The notes: generated by a model not told the origin, from the letters alone. Counted from the first letter of the stretch, positions 1-9,404 are shown. The stretch: 64,000 nt of DNA from Kiritimatiellia bacterium (GCA_050950285.1 JBMNHG010000004.1:62001-126000), one strand, 5' to 3'. Translations and numbers: made by a program.

Positions 1-315
1 CGAGGCGGATTCACGGCGGAAGTCGAGCTCGAAGATGTCGGTGTCGTAGCCGCACTGCATGGCGAGGAAATCGTAGAAGGTGCGTTGCTTGACGGGGTTG
101 AAGCCCGATTTGTTCACGGGGATCGTGCCGAAGTAGCAGGTTCGCACGACGTCGATATCATCGTCGATCTGCTCGCTGATGGCATGGGCGATGAGGCCCG
201 GGATTCCCGCGTAGTCTATTTCGAAGCCGGCTTCCTCGTTCAGCACGTCGAACAGCACCTGGCGACCGCGATACAACCAGCTTCCGTCGATGAAAATCAT
301 CGCTTTGAGTGACAT
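1..315 (-). CDS. NYN/LabA-like PIN-domain protein, 5' part (runs off window start)
   Basis: Manual translation MSLKAMIFIDGSWLY...IDY...TCYF; the FIDG motif is typical of NYN domains; GGAG RBS upstream of ATG at 315; not in the ORF track because it is truncated. Confidence 0.7.
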   Translation of the reverse strand, partial: MSLKAMIFIDGSWLYRGRQVLFDVLNEEAGFEIDYAGIPGLIAHAISEQIDDDIDVVRTCYFGTIPVNKSGFNPVKQRTFYDFLAMQCGYDTDIFELDFRRESAS

Positions 316-556
316 GGTTTTTGCTCCTGGAATCGTTTCGATCACGCACGGGCGAAGTCGAAGCCGAAACTGCGGTTTCGCACGTGCGGCATGTATTGTT
401 TGGACGGGGACCAGCGTATCATCCGGTCTGGATCGGCGCAACCGCTTTTTCCGGGCCGGGGGATGCCGGACCGGGGACCAGGCGGGTTCGGAGCCCGCTC
501 CGTGAGGCCGAAGAAAAGAGCCGCCGCACTCGCGGGAGTCCGGAAGGCGCGTGCCG

Positions 557-976
557 CTACTCGTCGGGGGAAACCGGTTTGCGGGCGGCCTTTTTTGCGG
601 AGTGGAGGCGCTTTCCGGCGAGGGTGATCGCACGCTGGCGCCGCGATTTCCGCCTTTTCCGGCGGCGCTCCTTCTCGATTTCCTGAATCTTCGCGGATTC
701 GCGGGATTTCATCTTTTCGAGAAGCTTCTCCGCGAGGCGGTCCCGGGCGAGCCAGCGGTTGTCTTCGCGCGAGCGCGTCCGCTGGCAGCGCGTGGACACC
801 CCCGTCGGCACATGCAGGAGGGCCACGCAGGAGGAGGTCTTGTTGATCTTCTGCCCCCCGCTTCCGGAACCCGTGATGAAACTCTCCCGGAGGTCTTCCT
901 CCCGGATTCCCGCCTTGACCATCTTGGTCTGGATACGGGCGATCGTGCTGGCGCGGACCGTCTGGCCATCGCTCAT
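557..976 (-). CDS. Peptidyl-tRNA hydrolase / ribosome rescue factor, ArfB(YaeJ)/C12orf65-like RF-1 domain protein
   Basis: FITGSGSGGQKINKTSSCV GGQ motif, short length, very basic C-terminal tail; start taken at MSDGQ. Confidence 0.8.
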   Translation of the reverse strand: MSDGQTVRASTIARIQTKMVKAGIREEDLRESFITGSGSGGQKINKTSSCVALLHVPTGVSTRCQRTRSREDNRWLARDRLAEKLLEKMKSRESAKIQEIEKERRRKRRKSRRQRAITLAGKRLHSAKKAARKPVSPDE

Positions 977-1004
977 GGCGCTCTCCTGGGTTGGGGGTTT
1001 GTTC

Positions 1005-2285
1005 CTAGATCCGGACGATGTCGGCGCCCAATGCGCGGAGTTCCTCCTCCACGCGCGCATGGCCGCGGTCGACGACCTCCGCATTGCGGATCACGCTTTC
1101 GCCCTTGGCGCAAAGGGCGGCGATCAGCAACGCCATCCCGGCGCGGATGTCGGGGCTCGCCACGGTCGTCCCGGCAAGGTCGCACGGCCCGGAGACGACC
1201 ACGCGATGCGGGTCGCACTGGACGATGTGCGCGCCCATGGCGATGAGCCTGTCGACGAAGTACAGGCGGCTTTCGAACATCTTCTCGAAGAAGAGCATGG
1301 TGCCTCGCGTGCGCGTGGCGAGCACCACGAGCGCGCTCATCAAGTCCGACGGGAAGGCCGGCCAGGGGCCGTCCTCGAATTTGGGGATGGCGTCGCCGAA
1401 GTCGTTGGTCGCGCGAAGCCGTTGCCCGGCCGGAAGGCAAAGCGCGCCGTCCTGCCAATGCCAGCGGGCGCCGAGCCGACGGAACGGGCGCCCCACGATT
1501 TCCCAGTCGATTCCGTCTTCGATGCCCTCCACGCGCAGGTCGCCGCCGGTGGCGAGGGCGGCCGCCACGAAGCTCCCCGCGTCGATCAGGTCGGGGCCGA
1601 CGCGGTGGGTCACCCCGCGCAACGCCTCGACGCCCTCGATGGAGAGGAAGTTGGTGCCGATTCCGTCGATGCGCGCACCCATGGCGTTGAGCATGCGGCA
1701 GAGATCCTGCACGTGGGGTTCGCATGCGGCGTTGTAGAGGGTGGTCTTTCCCTGCGCGAGCGTCGCGGCCATCACCAGGTTCTCGGTTCCGGTCACGCTG
1801 GCTTCGTCCAGCAGCAGCGACGCCCCCTGGAGACGCTTCGCGCGGAAGGTGTAGGTGGCGCCGCCTCGGACGGTGGCCCCCAGCGCGCGAAAGCCGTCGA
1901 TGTGCGTGTCCAGGCGGCGGCGTCCGATGCTGTCCCCGCCGGGCGGGAAGATCGAGGCCGCGCCGAAGCGCGCGAGAAGCGGGCCCGCGAAGAGGATGGA
2001 GGCGCGGATCCGGGAGCAGAGGTCGCGGCGCAGGCGCTGGAGCTTCACCGTGTCCGCCCGGAGGACCGCCCGGTGCGCCGCCTCGTCGAAGGATACGTCC
2101 ACGCCGAGCAAGGCGAGGAGTTCGCACATCACCCGCACGTCGTCGATCGGCGGCAGGTTCTCCAGCGCGACCGTTTCGTCCGTAAGCAGGCAGGCCGCCA
2201 GCATGGGCAGGGCGGCGTTCTTGTTGCCGGGCACCCGGTGGACACCCGAAAGGCGTTTTCCGCCACGAATCAGGAAATGCGACAT
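1005..2285 (-). CDS. murA: UDP-N-acetylglucosamine 1-carboxyvinyltransferase
   Basis: GNKNAALP, RASIL, SVTGTEN, EPHV, DIRAG motifs; 426 aa. Confidence 0.95.
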   Translation of the reverse strand: MSHFLIRGGKRLSGVHRVPGNKNAALPMLAACLLTDETVALENLPPIDDVRVMCELLALLGVDVSFDEAAHRAVLRADTVKLQRLRRDLCSRIRASILFAGPLLARFGAASIFPPGGDSIGRRRLDTHIDGFRALGATVRGGATYTFRAKRLQGASLLLDEASVTGTENLVMAATLAQGKTTLYNAACEPHVQDLCRMLNAMGARIDGIGTNFLSIEGVEALRGVTHRVGPDLIDAGSFVAAALATGGDLRVEGIEDGIDWEIVGRPFRRLGARWHWQDGALCLPAGQRLRATNDFGDAIPKFEDGPWPAFPSDLMSALVVLATRTRGTMLFFEKMFESRLYFVDRLIAMGAHIVQCDPHRVVVSGPCDLAGTTVASPDIRAGMALLIAALCAKGESVIRNAEVVDRGHARVEEELRALGADIVRI

Positions 2286-2513
2286 GTTTCACTCCGGAAT
2301 ATACCCGAAATACCAGGCGAGGCAAACCCGTATTTCCGGTTGGAGCGCGGAGATTCGGGAAGGCGCCGCGCCGTCTGGACGGATGCCCGGCATTCCGGGC
2401 GGGGAATGCGTCGGCTTGCTTTCCCCTTTGCGGATTCGATATCATGAGGCGACATACCGTCTGCAGCGTGGACGGTCCGACCGGGGTCTTCCGGCATAGA
2501 GGAGAGGTGTTGT

Positions 2514-4850
2514 ATGGCTTTCCGACAAAATTTCGACGACGGCTGGCGTTTTGCCAAATTCGGCGAGCAGGCCGGCGGCAATATCCTTCCCGAACCCGAT
2601 GGAGTGGAAAAGCCGGCCTTCGACGATGGTTCGTGGCGCATGGTGCGCCTTCCGCACGACTGGGCCGTCGAGGAAGGATTCACGATGAAGGCGGAAGCCC
2701 GGTGCGGACGTCTCCCGTATTACGGGATTGGCTGGTATCGGAAGACCTTCACGCTGCCGCCGGAAACGGCGGGCCGTTGCGTCTTTCTCGACATCGACGG
2801 CGCGATGTGCGATTCGACCGTCTTCGTGAACGGCCATCCGGCCGGCGGGCGCCCCTACGGCTACACGTCGTTCCGCACGGATCTCACCCCCCACCTGAAT
2901 CCGCCCGGAACGCCCAACGTCGTCGCCGTGCGTCTCCATGCCGTCCGCGAAAGCGCGCGCTGGTATCCCGGCGCCGGCATCTACCGCCACGTGTGGCTCG
3001 TGACCGCGAATCCGGTCCACGTCGCCTGGCAGGGTGTCCATGTGCACGTGGACGTCGCTCCGGACGGCTCCGCGACCGTTTCCGCCGACGTGGAGGTGGA
3101 AGGCCCGGGGGCGGAACGCGCGGAGGTCGCGCTCCGCATCGAGGGGGAGGAGGGGATGACGCTCCGCAATCCGCGGCGATGGAGCCCCGAAACGCCCGGA
3201 CTCTACACGTTGGTCGTCGAGGTGTCGCTCGACGGCGAGACGGTCGATGTGGTCGAACAGACCTTCGGCGTGCGCACGCTCGAGTACCGGCCAACCGAAG
3301 GCTTCTTCCTCAACGGCGTCCGCCGCCAGATGCGCGGCGTGTGCCTCCACCACGACCTCGGCGCGCTCGGCGCCGCCTTCAGCGAGGCCGCTTTCGCCCG
3401 CCAGGTACGCATCCTGAAAGAGATGGGATGCGATGCCATCCGCACCTCCCACAACCCCCCGGCCCCCGGGATGCTCGATCTCTGCGACCGCCTCGGCATG
3501 ATGGTGCTCGACGAGGCCTTCGACATGTGGGAGCACGCGAAGACCCCCGGCGACTACGCCCGATTCTTCCCGGAGTGGCATGAGCGCGACCTCGTGGATT
3601 TCCTGCGGCGCGACCGCAATCACCCGTGCATCGTGATGTGGTCCATCGGCAACGAGGTCAACGAGCACTGCGGCGGGCCGGATTCGCCCGTCGTCGCCGA
3701 CGGCATCCGCATCGGCACGAAACTGCGCGACATCGTCCGCCGCGAGGATCCCACGCGCCCGGTCACCTCCGGCTTCTGGTGTCCGGACGCCTTCTCGAAC
3801 GGCATCGAACAGGTCGTGGACATCTTCGGCGCGAACTACCTTCCGCAGCACTACGGCGCCTACACCGCCCGGACCGGCCGCGGCATCCTCGGCGCCGAGA
3901 CGTGCTCGATGGTCTCCTCGCGGGGCGAGTACGTCTTCCCGCTCACGGAGGGCTTCTTCCGCGAACGCAGCCCCCGCCCCTTCCCGGACGGCTGGCGCGA
4001 CGGGCAGGTTTCCAGCTACGACCTCTATCCCCTCCGCGGCGGCAACATCCCGCCGGAACTCGAATTCGAGGCGCAGGACCGCAATCCCCACTGCTACGGC
4101 GAGTTCGTCTGGACGGGCTTCGACTACCTCGGCGAGCCCGACCCCTTCGGACAGCCCGGCACCGCGTCCCGCAGCTCCTACTACGGCATCATCGACCTCT
4201 GCGGCTTTCCGAAGGACCGTTTCTACGGCTATCAGGCGCATTGGCGTCCGGATTTCCCGATGGCGCACATCCTCCCGCATTGGACCTGGCCCGGGCGCGA
4301 AGGGGAGGTCACCCCCGTGCATGTCTACACCAGCGGAGACGAGGCGGAGCTCTTCGTGAACGGCGTTTCGCAGGGACGCCGCCGCAAGGGCGGGTTCACC
4401 TACCGCCTGCGTTGGGACGGGGTGGTCTACCAGCCCGGCGAAGTGCGGGTTGTCGCCTGGAAAAACGGCGCGCCGTGGGCGGAAGCGCGCGTTGTCACGG
4501 CCGGCGCCCCCGCACGGATCGAGGCCGTCGCCGAGACGCCGGAACTGGCGGCGGACGGCCGCGATCTCGCCTACGTGCGGCTTCGCGTGCTGGACGCCGC
4601 GGGCGAACCGGTCCCCGACGCGGCCCTGCGGCTTCTGTTCGCGGTTGAAGGCCCCTTCGACCTCGCAGGCGTCTGCAACGGCGATCCGACCGACCACGAC
4701 TCCTTGCAAGGCTCGACCATCCGCACGTTCCACGGGCTGGCGCAAGCCATCGTCCGCTCGCGGGACGCCCGGCCCGGCACCGGATTCCTCCATGTCCGGG
4801 TCGCCGGCGACGCCCTGCCGCCGGTGCGGCTGCCGATCGTCTCGCGGTAG
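2514..4850 (+). CDS. Glycoside hydrolase family 2 (beta-galactosidase-like)
   Basis: LPHDWA, GWYRKTF, GVCLHHDLG, IRTSHNP, NHPCIVMWSIGNE, FVWTGFDYLGEP motifs. Confidence 0.93.
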   Translation: MAFRQNFDDGWRFAKFGEQAGGNILPEPDGVEKPAFDDGSWRMVRLPHDWAVEEGFTMKAEARCGRLPYYGIGWYRKTFTLPPETAGRCVFLDIDGAMCDSTVFVNGHPAGGRPYGYTSFRTDLTPHLNPPGTPNVVAVRLHAVRESARWYPGAGIYRHVWLVTANPVHVAWQGVHVHVDVAPDGSATVSADVEVEGPGAERAEVALRIEGEEGMTLRNPRRWSPETPGLYTLVVEVSLDGETVDVVEQTFGVRTLEYRPTEGFFLNGVRRQMRGVCLHHDLGALGAAFSEAAFARQVRILKEMGCDAIRTSHNPPAPGMLDLCDRLGMMVLDEAFDMWEHAKTPGDYARFFPEWHERDLVDFLRRDRNHPCIVMWSIGNEVNEHCGGPDSPVVADGIRIGTKLRDIVRREDPTRPVTSGFWCPDAFSNGIEQVVDIFGANYLPQHYGAYTARTGRGILGAETCSMVSSRGEYVFPLTEGFFRERSPRPFPDGWRDGQVSSYDLYPLRGGNIPPELEFEAQDRNPHCYGEFVWTGFDYLGEPDPFGQPGTASRSSYYGIIDLCGFPKDRFYGYQAHWRPDFPMAHILPHWTWPGREGEVTPVHVYTSGDEAELFVNGVSQGRRRKGGFTYRLRWDGVVYQPGEVRVVAWKNGAPWAEARVVTAGAPARIEAVAETPELAADGRDLAYVRLRVLDAAGEPVPDAALRLLFAVEGPFDLAGVCNGDPTDHDSLQGSTIRTFHGLAQAIVRSRDARPGTGFLHVRVAGDALPPVRLPIVSR

Positions 4851-4891
4851 GGCGCGAACCCTCGGGATGGGCGGACGGTGCGGCCCGCGCA

Positions 4892-5644
4892 TCACGCGCC
4901 GAAGGCGGCGCGGATCGAGCGCGCGCTGGCGGCGACGTGGGGAATCGGATCCTCGGGGTGCCCCTCGTACTCCACGATCACGTCGCCCGCGAATCCGGCC
5001 TCCGCGAGTTTGGCGGCAATCTGCGGGAGGTCGAGGTTCCCGGCGCCCGCCTCCGCGTTCACGAAGGTGCCGTCCGGGTTGAGGACGAGGTCTTTGACGT
5101 GCACGGCGTGGATGCGTCCCGCAAAGCGGTCGATGAACGCCGGTACGGTCGAGCCCACGAGAATGGCGCACCCGGTGTCGAGGCAGAGGCCCACCCGCGG
5201 CGAGGTGTGGCGGAAGATGTAGTCCAGCGCCTCGAATCCGCCGAACCAGCAGTTCCCGCCGTGGTTGTGGACGCCGAGCTTCACGTCGAACTCCTCGGAC
5301 AGCCGGTCCGCCATGCGGAAGGCCTCCGGATGCCCTTCCAGAGGGAAGGCGATGCTCATGTTGCGCGCGCCCGCAACCCGGAGGAAGGAGAAGAGCGGAC
5401 GCGTCGCCGCCTCATCCCCCGTAACCAGGTTCACGCCGGCGCCGGCCACCGACACGCCCCCCTTCGCCAGCGCCGACACGACGGGCGCATGGGAGGCCGT
5501 ATCCTGGAAGTCGACGTGGACGCCGCACAGTTCGAGGCGGTCGAGCCCGCACGCCCGCACCGCATCGGCCAGCGCGGGGAGTTCTTTGATTTCGCGGAAG
5601 CAGAAGCTTTGGACGGCGAAGGAAACGGCGTTTGCATCGGACAT
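4892..5644 (-). CDS. Sugar phosphate isomerase/epimerase (xylose isomerase-like TIM barrel)
   Basis: GVHNH, LCLDTG, VHVKD, IVEYE motifs; start taken at MSDANA. Confidence 0.85.
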   Translation of the reverse strand: MSDANAVSFAVQSFCFREIKELPALADAVRACGLDRLELCGVHVDFQDTASHAPVVSALAKGGVSVAGAGVNLVTGDEAATRPLFSFLRVAGARNMSIAFPLEGHPEAFRMADRLSEEFDVKLGVHNHGGNCWFGGFEALDYIFRHTSPRVGLCLDTGCAILVGSTVPAFIDRFAGRIHAVHVKDLVLNPDGTFVNAEAGAGNLDLPQIAAKLAEAGFAGDVIVEYEGHPEDPIPHVAASARSIRAAFGA

Positions 5645-5682
5645 GGGAAGTTCCTTTCGAGCGAGGTTGGGGGGAATGGGGA

Positions 5683-6339
5683 TCAGGGTGTGGCTGGATT
5701 GCCGAGCGAGGCGACAACGTCGGTCAGCGTCGCGAAGATGCGGCGGCCCGAATCCGCGAGGCGTCCGGGCGTCTGGTGGCCGCAGGAGACCAGGATGCAG
5801 CGGCATCCCAGGGCCTGCGCGACTTCGTGGTCGTGGAGCGTGTCGCCCACGAGCAACACGTCGGAGGGCGGAAGCGCCAGTTCCGCGAACAGGCGGCGGC
5901 CGACCTCAAGCTTCGACGCGCCGTCCAGGTTGTCCACGCCCCGCACGCGGTCGAAGCAGTCGAACACGCCGCATTCGCGCAGCTTGCGCTCGAGGAGCGA
6001 CTGCTCGCACAACGAAAGGATCGATTGCGGGATGCCCCGCGACCGGACGGCATGCAGGACGTCCGGTGCGTCGGGGCGGAGGCGGCTGTCGTCCACCTCG
6101 CGCAACGCCGCGTGGAATTCGCGGGCCAGGGCGTCCCAGTCCTCGTTCGGCAGGTCGAATCCCAGTTCCCGGTAGTAGTCGACAACCGGGAAGACGAAGC
6201 GCTCGCGATAGCCGGGAACGCCGGGGATGGTCTGCAGCCCGCGCGCCGAGAGAAGACAGTTGATGGCCGCCACGCAAACGTGCGCGTCGTCGAGCAAGGT
6301 GCCGTTCCAATCCCAGACGAGATGACGGACGGGATTCAT
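5683..6339 (-). CDS. HAD-family hydrolase (phosphoglycolate phosphatase-like)
   Basis: WDWNGTL motif I and GDTLHD motif IV. Confidence 0.88.
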   Translation of the reverse strand: MNPVRHLVWDWNGTLLDDAHVCVAAINCLLSARGLQTIPGVPGYRERFVFPVVDYYRELGFDLPNEDWDALAREFHAALREVDDSRLRPDAPDVLHAVRSRGIPQSILSLCEQSLLERKLRECGVFDCFDRVRGVDNLDGASKLEVGRRLFAELALPPSDVLLVGDTLHDHEVAQALGCRCILVSCGHQTPGRLADSGRRIFATLTDVVASLGNPATP

Positions 6340-6392
6340 GGGGGAACAGTATACGCATTCTGCGCACTCGCCGCCACCCCCCAGTCTGTCGC

Positions 6393-6510
6393 CCTGGGGA
6401 CCGCCGTCCCCGGCGGGCGGGATGCGTGGGCGGGCTTCCTGGGGACCGCCGTCCCCGGCGGGCTGGCTGGACGGCCTCCGTGTCGTCCGGCCGGGTTTTG
6501 CACGGGCCTC
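6393..6510. repeat. Degenerate copy of the REP-filled MITE-2 family: two direct copies of CCTGGGGACCGCCGTCCCCGGCGGGC plus a right-end-like GGGTTTTGCACGGGCCTC
   Basis: 26-bp direct repeats at 6393-6418 and 6438-6463; downstream sequence matches the 3' half of 9265-9404 and 26544-26640. Confidence 0.7.
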
Positions 6511-6515
6511 GCCTG

Positions 6516-6540
6516 AAAAAAAACGGCGCGCCGTTTTTTT
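6516..6540. terminator. A8-CGGCGCGCCG-T7 palindrome, probable bidirectional intrinsic terminator downstream of cinA
   Basis: Perfect palindrome flanked by A and T tracts, 20 bp past the cinA stop. Confidence 0.5.
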
Positions 6541-6560
6541 GGGGGGGCTGGCGGCGTTGC

Positions 6561-7058
6561 CTACGCGCCCGCCCCCAGCCGGTCGAGAAGGAGCGCGATG
6601 GCGGCGTCGACGGCTTGGCGGCGAACTTCCGGACGGTCGCCCGCGAAGTGGAAACAGGTCGCTGTGGCCGGGGCGTTTCCGCCGGAGAGGCCGATATGGA
6701 CGGTGCCCACGGGCTTGCCGGGCGTGGCGCCGCCCGGTCCGGCGATGCCCGTGGTGGACACCGCGAGATCCGCGCCGGTGCGGGCGCGGACGCCCTCGGC
6801 CATGGCGATGGCGGTTTCGGCGCTCACCGCGCCATGCGCGGCCAGCGTTTCTGCGGGGACCCGGAGCATCTCCCGCTTCACGCGGTTGTCGTAGGCGACG
6901 ACGCCTCCCAGGAAAACCGCGGAGGCGCCCGGGATGTCGGTGAGGCGCGCCGCGATCAGGCCGCCCGTGCAGGATTCCGCCGTGGCCAGCGTGAGCGAAC
7001 GCGACACGAGGCCGGAGACGAGCTTCGCGGCATCGGACGAACAGGGTGGATGGTCCAT
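6561..7058 (-). CDS. cinA: CinA C-terminal domain protein / NMN deamidase (PncC-like)
   Basis: ATAESCTGG, GASAVFLGGVVAY, GAVSAETA, TTGIAGPGG motifs; start taken at MDHPP. Confidence 0.88.
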   Translation of the reverse strand: MDHPPCSSDAAKLVSGLVSRSLTLATAESCTGGLIAARLTDIPGASAVFLGGVVAYDNRVKREMLRVPAETLAAHGAVSAETAIAMAEGVRARTGADLAVSTTGIAGPGGATPGKPVGTVHIGLSGGNAPATATCFHFAGDRPEVRRQAVDAAIALLLDRLGAGA

Positions 7059-7194
7059 GGTTGGAAACAGGGTTCCTCTTTGCGCCGACGGTATCGGCAA
7101 CGGCACGATACCATGTCCGCAGGCCGCGCGCAACGGGGATGCCGCCTTTGCCGGAGTCGGGTGGCGGGTGAAGGCGAAAAGGGGGGAAAGAACG

Positions 7195-7234
7195 AAAAAG
7201 CGGCGCGCCGCGAAAGATGCGGCGCGCCGTTTTT
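7195..7234. terminator. Intrinsic terminator downstream of the sialate O-acetylesterase gene
   Basis: 11-bp stem CGGCGCGCCGC/GCGGCGCGCCG with 7-nt loop, flanked by A and T runs. Confidence 0.75.
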
Positions 7235-7255
7235 CCCGGTTCCGGTGGAACGGGG

Positions 7256-8851
7256 CTACCAGTCGTCGGTGCGGAACGGGGAGGCGGGGAGGCCTTCCCG
7301 GTTGTAGAGGTTGCACTTGCCGAGCGGGTTCGCGCGGTAGGCGTAGCGCACGGCGACGGGGGCTTCGACCAGCGGGGAGGTCACGATCACGGTGTCGCCG
7401 TCGATCTGGGCGGTGGCCCATTGCCACTGGCGATCCTCGCCGGCGATGGCGAATCCCTCGATTTCGGTGCCTTCGGGGGCTTCGATCGGGGGGTCGTTGT
7501 CGAGGTGGTTCTTCATGCCGACCATCAGGCCGGAGCCGACGGAGTCGTCCTCGAAGGAGACGATGGCGCGGGCGCCGTCGATCTCGAGGCCCTTGAAGAG
7601 GGGTCCGGTGAAGACCACGTCCTGGCCGTAGTCTTTGGCGAGGGCCCACACGGCGAGGCGTTCGCCCACGTGCAGCTTCTCCTTCGGGTGGATGTCGCCG
7701 CCGTTGCCGATGTCGAGGGTCACGGCCATGCCGGTCTTCGGGACGCGGGCGAGGGTCTTGCGCTGGGCGTCGCGGATCCGGGCGTAGCCGTCGCCGCCGG
7801 CCGGGTTGTCGCTCTGGTTCATGAAGCTCGCGAGCTGCACGTAGTAGAAGGGGAAGTCGTACCCCCACACGGCGCGCCAGCCGAGGATGAGCGCCTCCAT
7901 CTTGTCGATGTACTCGTCGCCCTCGCCGCCGTTGGAGCAGCCCTGGTACCAGAGGGCGCCCTTGATGGCGTAGCGCACGAGCGGGGCGACCATCGCGTTG
8001 TACTGGGCGGTCCAGTCATGGCCGATCGAGGGGAATGCGGGCATCGCATCGGCCGGGCGGCCGCCGGCTTCGATGACGGGCCGGGTCTTCGCGACCCACT
8101 CCGCAATCGCGTCGAGGGTCTCCAGGGCCTTGGCACGGCCCGCCTCGGTGGCGGGGTCCGCGGCCTCGACGCCCGCGACGCGCGAGGCGATGTGCTCGGC
8201 TTCGACCGCCTTCATGCCCTCGACGCATGCGAACGGCTCGATGCGGCATCCGCTCCAGCTGTCGTCGATGAGCCCGATCGGCACGTCGAGTTCCTGGACG
8301 AGCTTGCGGGCGAAGAAGTAGCCGGTGGCGGTGACGCCGCCCCAGACGTCGGAGGCCTTGTTCCACTGGCGTTCGACGGGCGCCTCTTTCTGCGGGTAGT
8401 TGGCGATGACCTTCCGGATCTTCATGTTGCGGATGATGGGGAACCCGGCGGCCTCGGCCTGGAAGGTCTCCCCGCCGATGATGCCCCAGCCGAAGCTCAT
8501 CTCCATGTTCGACTGGCCGGAGCACAGCCAGACGTCGCCCACGAGAACGTTCTGCAGCGTCACCTCGTTCGCGGCGCCTTTGAGGAGGAGCGGACGATCC
8601 TCCTTCGAGGCGTCCATCGGCGCGAGGGTGACCTCCCAGTCGCCGGCGGCATCGGCTTCGGTGCGGACCGACTGCCCGTCGAAGACCACGGTGACGGGTT
8701 CGCCCGGATCGGCGGTACCCCAGATCTTGACCTCGCGGTCGCGCTGGAGGACCATGTTGTCGGAGAACATCGGCGAGGGTTTGACGGCGGCAAAGGCCGC
8801 TCCCGCGACGAACGAAAGGGCCACTGCGGCCGGGAACAGGCATTTCTTCAT
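7256..8851 (-). CDS. Exported sialate O-acetylesterase (SASA/SGNH family)
   Basis: Signal peptide MKKCLFPAAVAL; FSDNMVLQR, GDVWLCSGQSNM, LWYQG, DIHP, LYNREGLPASPFRTD motifs. Confidence 0.92.
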   Translation of the reverse strand: MKKCLFPAAVALSFVAGAAFAAVKPSPMFSDNMVLQRDREVKIWGTADPGEPVTVVFDGQSVRTEADAAGDWEVTLAPMDASKEDRPLLLKGAANEVTLQNVLVGDVWLCSGQSNMEMSFGWGIIGGETFQAEAAGFPIIRNMKIRKVIANYPQKEAPVERQWNKASDVWGGVTATGYFFARKLVQELDVPIGLIDDSWSGCRIEPFACVEGMKAVEAEHIASRVAGVEAADPATEAGRAKALETLDAIAEWVAKTRPVIEAGGRPADAMPAFPSIGHDWTAQYNAMVAPLVRYAIKGALWYQGCSNGGEGDEYIDKMEALILGWRAVWGYDFPFYYVQLASFMNQSDNPAGGDGYARIRDAQRKTLARVPKTGMAVTLDIGNGGDIHPKEKLHVGERLAVWALAKDYGQDVVFTGPLFKGLEIDGARAIVSFEDDSVGSGLMVGMKNHLDNDPPIEAPEGTEIEGFAIAGEDRQWQWATAQIDGDTVIVTSPLVEAPVAVRYAYRANPLGKCNLYNREGLPASPFRTDDW

Positions 8852-9095
8852 GGGGACATCCATCCAATCGGGTTCAATGCGCCACGGCACGCCGCGGAAG
8901 ACGGCATTCACCGGGGTGCGAAACTTTGGGGACAAGGATACGAAGACCGGGGCGGAATGTAAAGCGGCGAGTGTGTCTTTCCGGATTGGACGTCCTGCAA
9001 GAGAGCGCTGACGGCAGAGGCCGCGAAAACGTCCGACCAGTAATCGAGCGCACGGCGGTCGGTCTCCGCCGCCTGCACGGAATACCCAAGAAAGC

Positions 9096-9249
9096 TACTA
9101 ACTCGGCCACAATTCATACTGCAAAACAGGAGCACGGGTTTTCCAACCCGTGACACGGACAGGAATGTCCGTGCCCCTTTCCCAACTCCAAATTCCAGCT
9201 CCCAATGCCTAAATCCCCGCGCGCAGCGCTATTTGTGGCCGGGTTAGTA
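9096..9249. mobile_element. MITE-1 (154 bp including flanking TA), nested in unit E; further copies at 10863-11016, 12637-12790, 15976-16129 and 45595-45746
   Basis: Terminal inverted repeats TACTAACTCGGCCACAA / TTGTGGCCGGGTTAGTA (16/17 match); a solo copy occurs in unrelated context at 45595. Confidence 0.85.
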
Positions 9250-9264
9250 ATGGCAAAAAGAAAA

Positions 9265-9404
9265 GCGGCGCTTGCAGAACCCCTTGCGAAAACCGGTCGG
9301 GGCAGAGCCCGACCCTCCCGATCCCCCTTTGGGGACCGCCGTCCCCGGCGGGCTGGATGGAGGGACGACCTCCGTGTCGTCCGGCTGGGTTTTGCAAGAG
9401 CCTC
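9265..9404. mobile_element. MITE-2 (140-147 bp), nested in unit E; further copies at 11032-11178, 12806-12952 and 16145-16284, with a short solo copy at 26544-26640
   Basis: Imperfect TIRs GCGGCGCTTGCAGAACCC / GGGTTTTGCAAGAGCCTC (15/18); the same ends bound the 26544 copy; no target duplication seen. Confidence 0.65.
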
